A program made the position numbers and the translations under genes. Shown here in pieces: positions 7,748 to 17,025 of a DNA stretch of 64,000 bases (position 1 is the stretch's first letter; every line of letters starts with the position of its first letter). The notes beneath the pieces are model-generated. The model was not told the DNA's origin and searched no databases. It saw nothing but the letters and a program-made list of their open reading frames with translations. Origin of the DNA: Deltaproteobacteria bacterium (GTDB lineage Bacteria; JAGRBM01; JAHCIT01). The stretch spans positions 1 through 64,000 of the forward strand of contig JAHCIT010000013.1 of the NCBI GenBank assembly GCA_026129095.1. Direction: 5' to 3'.

Positions 7748-9833
7748 GCGTGGGGTCCGGTTTCCCGCGGCTGTCCAGAATGGCCTGTCCAAAATCCGCA
7801 CCCTGTGCCTCTAGCTGGATCTGACGGGGGACTTCCGCTCCGAGTGACTTCAGCTTTTCGATCAGTGGCCGGGCCCGGGACCGGTAGCCTTTTTTCAGCC
7901 ACACCCGGCTCATGAGCACCAGACAGGGGATATGGTCCGGGTCTGCCGCGAGGCATCCGTTCAGATAGGCTTCGGCCGTATCGAACTGGTTGCGCAGCAG
8001 CGCATGGAGGGCGAGCGTGGCGCGGGCATGGATATTTCCGGGGTCGGTTTCGGCCGCTTCTTCAAGCAGGGCCTCCCCAAGCCGGACGAGTTCGGGGCTC
8101 TCCTGTTCCATGTAGTAATCCCCGGCGGCAGTGAGCGCTTCGGACGACCGGGCCGACTGCTCGACCAGTTCCGACAGGGCCACATCCACTGCCTTGTCGC
8201 CGTACCTGCTGCGAAGCCGTGCGGCTGCCCGCACGAACTCGACAGCCGGGCGGGGTGTCTCTGTTATCCAGCGGCTCGCCGCCAGACGGGCATACTGGGG
8301 GGCCCCCATGTCCTGCATGGCCCGGATATTCTCGAAATAGATCCAGTCGAAATCGCTACCGGAACCCTTTGCTGTTTGGACGGCGCGCCGCTTGCTGGCG
8401 ACGGCCTCCTGCCACAGCTCATCAGCCACACTGAACTCCTCATCCACGGTATAGAGCTTGGCGGCGAGGAACAGTCCTGCCGGATAGTCCGGCAGCACCT
8501 TCAGGGCATGGCGTATGCGTTCCTTGGCGAGGCCGATGGCACCCTCCTGGGCAGCGCAGGCGGCAAGGTTTGTCAGGACCATCACGGAATCGGGCACATG
8601 GTGAACCGCGGTCTCGAATCGGCGGCAGGCGGTGGCCCAGTCCGGGTTCCGTGTATGGGAAAGGGCCGAATAGGAGATCAGGAGGGCCGTTCCGGCAGCC
8701 ACCGGCAGCACGATCTGTTTCCGGCGTGTGAAGTCCTCCAGGCTGAACCGGTGGAACAGCATCCACCCCGCCCCAAGGGCGAAAAAGGCTGCCGGGCCGT
8801 ACAGCAGCCGGTCTCCAAAGACAGTGCCGATCGGTATCGGGATATTCGATACCGGGAATAAAAGGGCCAGTATCCCGCCAGCGGCTATCCAGAGCGGGTG
8901 GGGATGCTTCAACACTCCCCAGGCAGCAAGCGGAAACAGTCCCAGTGCAAGGAGCCCTGTGAACGACTGCCAGGATGCCAGGGGGTATGCAATGAAATCC
9001 GGATACCCGTACAGGGCGACCAAGGGGTACGGAACGGCAAGCCGGGCAAGATAGGTCCAGAGAATGTGCCCTGCGTTGAGGATGCGTTCATGGAAAGGGA
9101 GCGCAGCCAGCGGGTTGGCAGCAAACTCCGCGAGACCGGCGGCGAGCGCCCATCCTACCGTCAGCATCCGGAGAGCGAGGAACAGGGCGACCATGGCGCA
9201 CCAGGCCACCGCGACCCACCAGCAGGTACGGCGGATTTCGGGCGTTGCCGCGGGCGCTGCCAGACCAAGGAGCACGATCACAGCCGCACCGGCCGCCGCC
9301 TGTTCCTTGGAGAGGATCGCGCAAAGGATGGCGCCGGATGAGGCGATGATGACCATCGCCCGCCCGGAATCGGCATAGCGGGGAGATGCGATCAGCAGGG
9401 CCAGCAGCAGGAACAGCAGGGCCCATAACTCCGACTGGGCCACCAGCCAGTTGACGGGTTCGGTCGCGGCCGGGTGGGCGGCAAATACCAGCCCGGCGGC
9501 GATGGCGGCAGGTACCGGGAAACCCCAGGCGAGTGCTGTTTCCAGCAGGAGCAGGGCGTTACCCGCATGGAGTGCTGTGCTGACCATCCGGTATCCGCTG
9601 CCATTGGTCCCGAATATCCGGCCCTGAATGGCCAGCGCGCCGGTTGAAACCGGCCGCCACTGCAGGGTGCCCGGAATGTGGTCGCGGCTTACGGAATCAG
9701 CCCAGTTCTGGCCGAACGGGATGCTGCTTACCTCGTCAAAGTGAAGTTCACTGTGAAAGGCATTGGAATACAGGGCCACCGTCAGTAGCAGGATGGCCAC
9801 CCGGGAGACGATCAGTTTGACGGAAGGCGTCAT
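7731..9833 (-). CDS. TMTC-like (DUF1736) GT-C membrane glycosyltransferase with C-terminal TPRs
   Basis: FDE near N-terminus, WRPV, LHAGN, FAAHP..TEPVNW, LSKEQA, PIGTVFGDRLLY, RNPDW, then TPR helices. Start set at ATG 9833; the ORF track extends to 9953. Confidence 0.75.
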   Translation of the reverse strand: MTPSVKLIVSRVAILLLTVALYSNAFHSELHFDEVSSIPFGQNWADSVSRDHIPGTLQWRPVSTGALAIQGRIFGTNGSGYRMVSTALHAGNALLLLETALAWGFPVPAAIAAGLVFAAHPAATEPVNWLVAQSELWALLFLLLALLIASPRYADSGRAMVIIASSGAILCAILSKEQAAAGAAVIVLLGLAAPAATPEIRRTCWWVAVAWCAMVALFLALRMLTVGWALAAGLAEFAANPLAALPFHERILNAGHILWTYLARLAVPYPLVALYGYPDFIAYPLASWQSFTGLLALGLFPLAAWGVLKHPHPLWIAAGGILALLFPVSNIPIPIGTVFGDRLLYGPAAFFALGAGWMLFHRFSLEDFTRRKQIVLPVAAGTALLISYSALSHTRNPDWATACRRFETAVHHVPDSVMVLTNLAACAAQEGAIGLAKERIRHALKVLPDYPAGLFLAAKLYTVDEEFSVADELWQEAVASKRRAVQTAKGSGSDFDWIYFENIRAMQDMGAPQYARLAASRWITETPRPAVEFVRAAARLRSRYGDKAVDVALSELVEQSARSSEALTAAGDYYMEQESPELVRLGEALLEEAAETDPGNIHARATLALHALLRNQFDTAEAYLNGCLAADPDHIPCLVLMSRVWLKKGYRSRARPLIEKLKSLGAEVPRQIQLEAQGADFGQAILDSRGKPDPTPSQGP

Positions 9834-10147
9834 TGAAGCGGTCCGGACGACAGTCCGGCGATAGGCTCCTTTCCCGAAAAGCGGTAGCAGGATAACGGTT
9901 TTTAGTGACGCACGGAAACTGGCCCCAACCGTGAAACTGTTCGGCGGGGGCATTTGAATGTGGGCGGAACCGGTCTAAACTCCGCCCATCGGCAGCCAGA
10001 TACGGCCACCCGTTCAGGAAGCGGCAGGCCGTACAACTCATGGAAATAGTGCCCGTTTCCAGACCAGCCGGAACCCGCCAACCTGACCGTGGCGTCGGTG
10101 GTGGCAGGCGTGCAAGGGCCGGAATGCAAGAGGTTTGAAGACAGGAT

Positions 10148-11872
10148 ATGCCACCTCCGCCAGGAAAACTCGGTGAACTTCTCGTCCGCGAAAAGCTGAT
10201 TTCGCCCCTGCAGCTCCAGCAGGCGATGAATGAGGCCAAGAAGACCGGCCAGCGGCTCGGTTCGGCACTGATATCGACAGGAGCCGTCAAGGAAGAAGAT
10301 CTGACCGAGTTCCTTTCGCGCCAGTATGGCGTGCCGACGATCAATCTGGACGAGTTTGAAATCGACCGGGAAGTGATCGCGCTCGTTCCGGAGAAGCAGG
10401 CCCGCCAGCACAAGCTGATCCCGGTAAACCGTGCCGGCTCGACGCTGATCGTGGCGATGGTCGATCCGTCGAACATCCAGGCGGTGGACGACATCAAGTT
10501 CGTAACCAGCTACCAGCAGATCGAGGTGGTCGTCTCTACCGATACCGCGATCATGGCCGCCATCGACAAATACTACACGCAGATCCAGCAGGCCGCAGAA
10601 GCGAATCTGGAAAGCCTCGACATGCCGGACCTGAGCGATATTGAGCTCGGCGAGGATGACGAGGATGTGAACCTGGACGAACTGGGCAACGCGTCCAATG
10701 ATGCGCCGGTCGTCAAGCTGTGCAACTACATCCTGACCGAGGCGATCAAGCGCAAGGCATCGGACATTCATATCGAGCCATACGAAAAATCCTTCCGGGT
10801 GCGTTACCGGCAGGACGGCGATCTCATGGAGTTCATGAAGCCGCCGATGAAGCTCAAGAATGCCATCACGGCCCGCCTCAAGGTCATGGCGAACCTGGAT
10901 ATCGCCGAGCGGCGGCTTCCGCAGGACGGCCGGATCAAGATCAAGATGAAGGGTATTGGCGAGATGGACTACCGGGTGTCCGTGCTGCCCACCCTGTTTG
11001 GCGAGAAGGTATGCATGCGCCTTCTGGACAAGTCGAATCTCCAGCTCGACATGACCAAGCTCGGTTTTGATGAATACCAGCTAGGCCAGTGGCGTACCGG
11101 CATCGAGCGTCCGAACGGCATGTGCCTGGTGACGGGCCCTACCGGTTCCGGCAAGACAACGACACTTTATTCGGCGCTTTCGGAACTGAACTCCGAAGAC
11201 GTGAACATATCGACGGCGGAAGATCCCGTGGAGTTCAACTTCTTCGGCATCAACCAGTGCCAGATGAAGGAAGATATCGGCCTGAACTTTGCCGCGGCGC
11301 TCCGCAGCTTTCTCCGTCAGGATCCAGACATCATTCTGGTGGGCGAGATCCGCGACTTTGAAACGGCGGAAATCGCCATCAAGGCCGCGCTCACCGGCCA
11401 CCTGGTGCTCTCGACGCTGCATACGAACGATGCCCCGGCCACGGTGAGCCGCCTGCTCAACATGGGTGTCGAGCCGTTCCTCGTGGCGAGCGCCGTAAAC
11501 GTCATTCTCGCGCAGCGGCTCTGCAAGAAGATCTGCCAGAACTGCAAGACCGAGGACACGGAGATCACCAAGAAGGCACTGGTGGATTTCGGTGTTCCGG
11601 CCGACCAGGTGGACGAATTCGTGCCCTTCAAGGGTGCCGGGTGCGACAAGTGCAACAATACCGGTTTCAAGGGCCGTATCGCCATCTACGAAGTCATGCC
11701 GATGTATTCCGACCTGAAGGAACTGATCCTGAACGGCGCGTCGTCGCTGGAGATCAAGAAGGAAGCGATGCGGCTCGGCATGTGGACCATGCGGTATTCC
11801 GGTGTCGTCCAGATGCGCAAAGGGCTGACCACCATGGCGCAGGTGGCGCAGAACTCGTCGCCGGACAACTGA
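10148..11872 (+). CDS. pilB: Type IV-A pilus assembly ATPase PilB with N-terminal MshEN-like region
   Basis: ASDIHIEP, ERRLPQDG, GPTGSGKTT, LRQDPDII, AALTGHLV, AQRL..C..C zinc motif and GRIAIYE. Confidence 0.95.
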   Translation: MPPPPGKLGELLVREKLISPLQLQQAMNEAKKTGQRLGSALISTGAVKEEDLTEFLSRQYGVPTINLDEFEIDREVIALVPEKQARQHKLIPVNRAGSTLIVAMVDPSNIQAVDDIKFVTSYQQIEVVVSTDTAIMAAIDKYYTQIQQAAEANLESLDMPDLSDIELGEDDEDVNLDELGNASNDAPVVKLCNYILTEAIKRKASDIHIEPYEKSFRVRYRQDGDLMEFMKPPMKLKNAITARLKVMANLDIAERRLPQDGRIKIKMKGIGEMDYRVSVLPTLFGEKVCMRLLDKSNLQLDMTKLGFDEYQLGQWRTGIERPNGMCLVTGPTGSGKTTTLYSALSELNSEDVNISTAEDPVEFNFFGINQCQMKEDIGLNFAAALRSFLRQDPDIILVGEIRDFETAEIAIKAALTGHLVLSTLHTNDAPATVSRLLNMGVEPFLVASAVNVILAQRLCKKICQNCKTEDTEITKKALVDFGVPADQVDEFVPFKGAGCDKCNNTGFKGRIAIYEVMPMYSDLKELILNGASSLEIKKEAMRLGMWTMRYSGVVQMRKGLTTMAQVAQNSSPDN

Positions 11873-11928
11873 CAGGTTCTATCTGGCGGACGGGATGATA
11901 CTGAGCAGGGAAAGAGGAGAAATACCGG

Positions 11929-13035
11929 ATGTCAGGCGTTAACCTTCACCAGCTTCTCAAGGTGATGATCGACAAGGGCGGTTCCGATCTTCATCTTTCG
12001 ACCAATTCTCCTCCCCAGATCCGGATTGACGGCGACCTGACGCCGCTGAAGACGCCGCCGCTGACTCCGGCCGATACGAAACAGCTCGCCTATTCGATCC
12101 TGACCGAGTCCCAGAAGCACTCCTTCGAGGAAAACAACGAGCTCGACCTTTCGTTCGGGGTCAAGGGCCTGGCACGGTTCCGTGCCAATGTGTTCATGCA
12201 GCGCGGGGCCGTAGGGGCCGTGTACCGGGCGATTCCATTCAAGATCATGTCATTTGAGGAACTCGGTCTTCCGTCCGTCGTGGCGGCGATAGCCGACAAG
12301 CCACGCGGGCTGGTCCTGGTGACCGGCCCCACCGGTTCCGGCAAGTCGACAACGCTCGCCACGATTATCGACAAGATCAACACCGAGCAGGCCTCGCACA
12401 TCCTGACCGTTGAGGATCCGATCGAGTTCCTCCATCCACACAAGCGTTCGCTGGTCAACCAGCGGGAGGTTCATGCCGATACCAAGAGCTTCAAGACCGC
12501 ACTCAAGTTCATTCTCCGGCAGGATCCGGACGTGGTGCTGATCGGCGAGATGCGCGATCTGGAAACCGTCGAGGCTGCGCTCACCGTGTCGGAAACCGGC
12601 CACATGGCATTCGGGACACTGCATACGAATTCGTGTGCCCAGACCATTAACCGGATTCTGGACGTCTTCCCTGCCTACCAGCAGCCCCAGGTCCGCGCCC
12701 AGCTCTCCTTCGTGCTTGAAGGAGTACTGTCCCAGTCGCTGCTCCAGAAGGCGACCGGAAAAGGCCGTGTGATGGCCATGGAGATCATGGTCCCGAACAG
12801 CGCCATCCGGAACCTGATCCGTGAAGACAAGATTCACCAGATATATTCGCAGATGCAGGTGGGCCAGAAGAAATACGGCATGCAGACGATGAACCAGTCA
12901 CTGTTCAACCTGTTCCAGAAGCGGCTCATCAATATCGACGAGTGTTTCTCCAGAACCTCGGATCCCGAGGAACTTCGTACGATGATGCAGCGGGCAAACA
13001 TCCTGCCGCCGCAGTATGCCAACATGGAAGTCTAG
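11929..13035 (+). CDS. pilT: Type IV pilus retraction ATPase PilT
   Basis: SDLHL, GPTGSGKSTT, EDPIEF, LRQDPDV, ETGH...TLHT, AIRNLIRE and GMQT. Confidence 0.97.
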   Translation: MSGVNLHQLLKVMIDKGGSDLHLSTNSPPQIRIDGDLTPLKTPPLTPADTKQLAYSILTESQKHSFEENNELDLSFGVKGLARFRANVFMQRGAVGAVYRAIPFKIMSFEELGLPSVVAAIADKPRGLVLVTGPTGSGKSTTLATIIDKINTEQASHILTVEDPIEFLHPHKRSLVNQREVHADTKSFKTALKFILRQDPDVVLIGEMRDLETVEAALTVSETGHMAFGTLHTNSCAQTINRILDVFPAYQQPQVRAQLSFVLEGVLSQSLLQKATGKGRVMAMEIMVPNSAIRNLIREDKIHQIYSQMQVGQKKYGMQTMNQSLFNLFQKRLINIDECFSRTSDPEELRTMMQRANILPPQYANMEV

Positions 13036-13053
13036 GGTTTCCCCGGTAACCGG

Positions 13054-15441
13054 GTGGGTGGTACGCCTGAGGTGAACCCGCCTGGCCAGCCATCTCTCCC
13101 CATCCGGTTCCGTTTGTACGGAGCGGCGGCGCTGCTCAATCTGGCCGTGATGGGGCCGGTCTATGCCGGGTTCTCCGTCTTCTATTTTCGTGATGTGCTC
13201 ACGAACTACACGCCGTATCTCGCGTGGTTTTCCGGCCGGGTCGCCTCCGGCGAACTGCCCTTCTGGATGGACGGCATATTCGGCGGCATGCCTTTCTGGG
13301 GTGATCCGGTTCAGGGAGTCCTGTATCCGCTCCGGTGGCTGATGGTCCCGCTGAGGGGGCTGCATCCGGCGCATGCCTGCTCGGTTTTTATTGGCATTCA
13401 CTACCTTCTGGCCCATGCAGGCTATATCCGGCTGCTGTCGAATCTGGGGGTGCGGCCCGCAATCGCATTTCTGGCGGCTGCCGGTCTGGTATACGGCACG
13501 GTGGGGCTAGGCCTCCATGCGGCGATCCAGTTTCTTGCAGGCTTCGCCCTGATGGGATGGCTGGGCGCGGCGCTCCTGGACCATTTGCGAAACCCCACGG
13601 TCCGAACGATGACCGGTCTTGCCCTCTGGGTGGCACTGCTCGTGACCACCGGTGATCTCCAGTCGGTTTATCTGGTCAGCCTTTTTGCGCTGGGGGTGAG
13701 CCGCCCCTGGATTCCCGGAGGCCGCCGGACATTCGCTCTCACCTTCGGCGGGCTGGCGCTGGCGGCATTCCTCACGGCGGCCATTCTTGTCCCGGGGGTC
13801 GAACTGTCACTGAACTCAAGCCGCGGCGAATCGAACACTCTTTCCCTGGTGCAGGCATGGTCCTGGAATCCGGTCCGGCTTGTCGAGTGGATTGCGCCGG
13901 GCCTGTTCGATCCCCCGCCGGAAGCGTCGGCGGACATGAGCGGTATTTCACGTCCGGTGGTGGCGGGTCTCGGGCTTTATTTCTTGCGCGCCCATCCGGG
14001 GATGGTGGTCCTGCTGCTGCTGCCCTGGCTGGTATCAGCGGCCCGGGGGGAGATCCGGATCCGCTGTTTGCTTGCTCTCGCGGCGATTTCGCTGCTGACG
14101 GCCGGAGGGGAGTATTTCGGATTCTATGAACTTCTCTGGAACCTGCTTCCGGGCTGGAAACAGTTCCGGTTTCCGGAGCGGTTCCTGCTTTCGGTGGTCA
14201 TTTCCTTGTGGCTCGCATCGGCTCTGGTAATGGAAAAGCTCGCATCCGGGGTGTGGCGCCCCTCACGGGCGCTGCCCGCGGTGATATTTTGCGGAGTCCT
14301 CCTGATGCTATCGCTGGCCGGGATGACAGGAGGCGGTTCGTGGGCCGGCATGCCTGCCGAGGTTGCCGCTTTGAAGGCCAACCCCCTTTTCAGGGAGCAT
14401 GCCCTGTCGGCATTCCGCTGGGGGTTGCTGCTGCTTGCAGGCGGGATGGGGTTCCTGTGGTTGCTCTGGCGGGATGACCGGCGCTGGTTGCCGACGTTTG
14501 GCGCACTGGTTGCGCTGGAGTTTGGCGTTGCCGGATATCCGGTTCTGCGAACTATTCCGGCCGAACTGTTTCCCATGCCACCCGGGGTCATGCGCCTGCT
14601 GGCAAATCGGTCAGACGAGCGTATCGTCCCTTTGCGGATCCAGATGGAGACCGGCCAGCAGGTGTTGCCGGTCCAGAGGGCCCGGGAAGTTGGGGCAGCG
14701 CTGTTCTGGCAGGGGCTCGCCGGTGATCTGGTGCTGCTGACACCCTTTTCCATACCGGGCGGGTACAACTCCTCCCGTCCGCTGGACCATGAACTTGCCA
14801 CAAGAACAATCCCTCCCCTCAACGGCCTTCGTCTTCAGTCGCTGGATTACGTGGCGGCAGTGCCCGGCTGGACCCCGCCGGTGGACGGCTTCGAGTGCGC
14901 CGGACCGGAGGGGGAGCCTCCATTACGCCTATGCCGGTTCGTGGAATCTCTTCAGCCAGTCCGGGCGCCACGGCACTGGAAACAGGTGAATGATCATGCC
15001 GTCCTGGAAGGCCTGCTGTCGGATCCGGACTGGAATCCTGGCGAAGTCGAGTATCTCGGCCCCCGGCTTTCAGGACATCCCATGCCAGCGGTCCCGGTTC
15101 TGGACGGGACCGATGAAGGAGCCATTCTCCATGCAATCCACTGGACTCCCGAAATCCGCCGGATTGAAGTGGAACGCGACAGTCCTGGTCCCATCATCCT
15201 GCGGGACAACTACTTTCCCGGCTGGAATGTCTACGTGAACGGCAAGCGCAGTGATACCCTGGTCGCCAACGGGTTTCAGCTTGCAGCATGGGTCCCGGCT
15301 GGCAGGTCGACCGTCGAATTCCATTACGAACCGCTCAGCCTTGCCATCGGTCTCTGGATTTCAGGGCTGACGGTTCTGGCCATGATTGGCTGGTATGCCC
15401 GCCACCGGCGCAGTCGTATGGCGGACCAGAAACCTACCTGA
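13054..15441 (+). CDS. YfhO-family polytopic membrane glycosyltransferase (GT-C)
   Basis: FRD, LPFW..GGMPF.GDP...LYP, FRFPERF, C-terminal YFPGW.V.VNG...VPAG...VEFHYEP and many TM helices; exact start uncertain. Confidence 0.8.
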   Translation: MGGTPEVNPPGQPSLPIRFRLYGAAALLNLAVMGPVYAGFSVFYFRDVLTNYTPYLAWFSGRVASGELPFWMDGIFGGMPFWGDPVQGVLYPLRWLMVPLRGLHPAHACSVFIGIHYLLAHAGYIRLLSNLGVRPAIAFLAAAGLVYGTVGLGLHAAIQFLAGFALMGWLGAALLDHLRNPTVRTMTGLALWVALLVTTGDLQSVYLVSLFALGVSRPWIPGGRRTFALTFGGLALAAFLTAAILVPGVELSLNSSRGESNTLSLVQAWSWNPVRLVEWIAPGLFDPPPEASADMSGISRPVVAGLGLYFLRAHPGMVVLLLLPWLVSAARGEIRIRCLLALAAISLLTAGGEYFGFYELLWNLLPGWKQFRFPERFLLSVVISLWLASALVMEKLASGVWRPSRALPAVIFCGVLLMLSLAGMTGGGSWAGMPAEVAALKANPLFREHALSAFRWGLLLLAGGMGFLWLLWRDDRRWLPTFGALVALEFGVAGYPVLRTIPAELFPMPPGVMRLLANRSDERIVPLRIQMETGQQVLPVQRAREVGAALFWQGLAGDLVLLTPFSIPGGYNSSRPLDHELATRTIPPLNGLRLQSLDYVAAVPGWTPPVDGFECAGPEGEPPLRLCRFVESLQPVRAPRHWKQVNDHAVLEGLLSDPDWNPGEVEYLGPRLSGHPMPAVPVLDGTDEGAILHAIHWTPEIRRIEVERDSPGPIILRDNYFPGWNVYVNGKRSDTLVANGFQLAAWVPAGRSTVEFHYEPLSLAIGLWISGLTVLAMIGWYARHRRSRMADQKPT

Positions 15442-17011
15442 GTGTGGACAGCAGGCTTTCTGCCACTTTCATTCCGTCGACCGCCGCCGACACGATACCA
15501 CCTGCCCAGCCGGGGCCTTCACCGGCAGGATAAAGCCCCATGAGCCCTTCGGCTTCCAGTGTTTGGGTCCGGGCGATCTGGACGGGGGAGGATGTCCGGC
15601 TTTCGACGGCAATGAGCAGCGCTTCCTCGGAATCGAAGCCTCGTATCTGACGTGTGAACCTCCGGATTGAGCGCTCCAGCGCCGCCTCGCATGGCTGCGG
15701 GAGGAGTCCGTGCAGATCGGCTGCAACCACAGAGGGAAGAAAACTTGTCGAGGGAAGGGATGCGGACTCCCGCTGGGCTAGATAGTCCACAAGCCGCTGG
15801 GCTGGAGCGCGGTAGCTGCCTCCGCCCAGTGCGAAGGCCCGCTTTTCCAGTTCTGCCTGCCAGTCCATTCCGCGGAGCGGTCCTTGGCCGGGAAAATCAT
15901 CCGGATTTATCTGGACGACCAGTGCCGCGTTGGCGAACCGGTGGTCGCGGGCGAAGTTCGACATGCCGTTTACTACAAGGCCGCCGGGCGCGCTGGAGGC
16001 GTTGATGACGAGGCCGCCGGGGCACATGCAGAAGCTGTAGACGCCACGCCCCGTTTCCCGGTCCGTGACGGCAAGCCGGTAGTCAGCCGCCGGCAACGGG
16101 CCGTCGCGTTCTTTCCCGTAACGGGCACGGTCGATCAGCGGCTGGGGGTGCTCCACGCGAAAACCCACCGCGAAAGGTTTTGCTTCCATCCGGAGTCCGG
16201 CGCGTTCCAGCGCCGGGAAGAGATCCCGTGCCGAGTGTCCTGGCGCAAGAACGACACGGCTGGCGGATATTTCTTCACCTGTCGATATCCGGAGTCCGGC
16301 CACCCGTCCGTTTAGGTGAAGGATATCCGTTACTTCGGTGCCAAAACGGAACTCGGTGCCCAGCTGCTCCAGATGATCCCGCAACCGGCGCAGGAGCCGT
16401 TTCAGGAAGTTGGTCCCGATGTGCGGCTTGCCATCGGTAAGGATGCGCTCCGGTGCGCCGTATTCGACCAGACGCCGGAATACCCACCCGATGCGCCGGT
16501 CGTTCTTTCTGGTCGTCAGCTTGCCGTCAGAAAAGGCTCCAGCACCGCCTTCTCCAAACTGGACATTGGAGCGGGGGTTCAGCGTTCCATAGCGCCAGAA
16601 CCGGGCGACGGTGACGGTACGTTTCTCCACGGGTTCTCCCATTTCCAGGATCAGGGGCGGAGCGCCACCCTCGGCAAGTACCAGTGCGGCGAACAGGCCG
16701 GCCGGGCCTGCACCAATAACGACCGGCCGGGACGCGGGCCGGGAGGGCAGCGGAGTTGGGGGCTGGTACGGAATCTCCACGGTGACGGGCTCGATTCGGC
16801 CGGGCACAGTGGGGACATTTGCCAGATCGGTTTCTGCAAGCAGCCGGTAAACCCAGATCACCGGCCGGTGGCGGGCATCGCGGCTCACCTTGAGGACGGA
16901 GCAGTCCTGTATCCGTTCAGGCGTGGTTCCGATGGCACTGGCCGCCAGTTCCTTGAGGCCGTCCCTGTCCAGCTCCCTGTCAGCCCGGAGATTGGAGAGT
17001 ATCAGTTTCAC
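15434..17011 (-). CDS. NAD(P)/FAD-dependent oxidoreductase (uncharacterized FAD dehydrogenase family)
   Basis: VIGAGPAG, QFGEGGAGAFSDGKL, PHIGT, GHSARD, SFCMCPGG, ESRTSSP and GEG.GWAGGIVSAAVDG. Confidence 0.9.
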   Translation of the reverse strand: MKLILSNLRADRELDRDGLKELAASAIGTTPERIQDCSVLKVSRDARHRPVIWVYRLLAETDLANVPTVPGRIEPVTVEIPYQPPTPLPSRPASRPVVIGAGPAGLFAALVLAEGGAPPLILEMGEPVEKRTVTVARFWRYGTLNPRSNVQFGEGGAGAFSDGKLTTRKNDRRIGWVFRRLVEYGAPERILTDGKPHIGTNFLKRLLRRLRDHLEQLGTEFRFGTEVTDILHLNGRVAGLRISTGEEISASRVVLAPGHSARDLFPALERAGLRMEAKPFAVGFRVEHPQPLIDRARYGKERDGPLPAADYRLAVTDRETGRGVYSFCMCPGGLVINASSAPGGLVVNGMSNFARDHRFANAALVVQINPDDFPGQGPLRGMDWQAELEKRAFALGGGSYRAPAQRLVDYLAQRESASLPSTSFLPSVVAADLHGLLPQPCEAALERSIRRFTRQIRGFDSEEALLIAVESRTSSPVQIARTQTLEAEGLMGLYPAGEGPGWAGGIVSAAVDGMKVAESLLSTLR

Positions 17012-17025
17012 GTTTTGCCTTGCTG

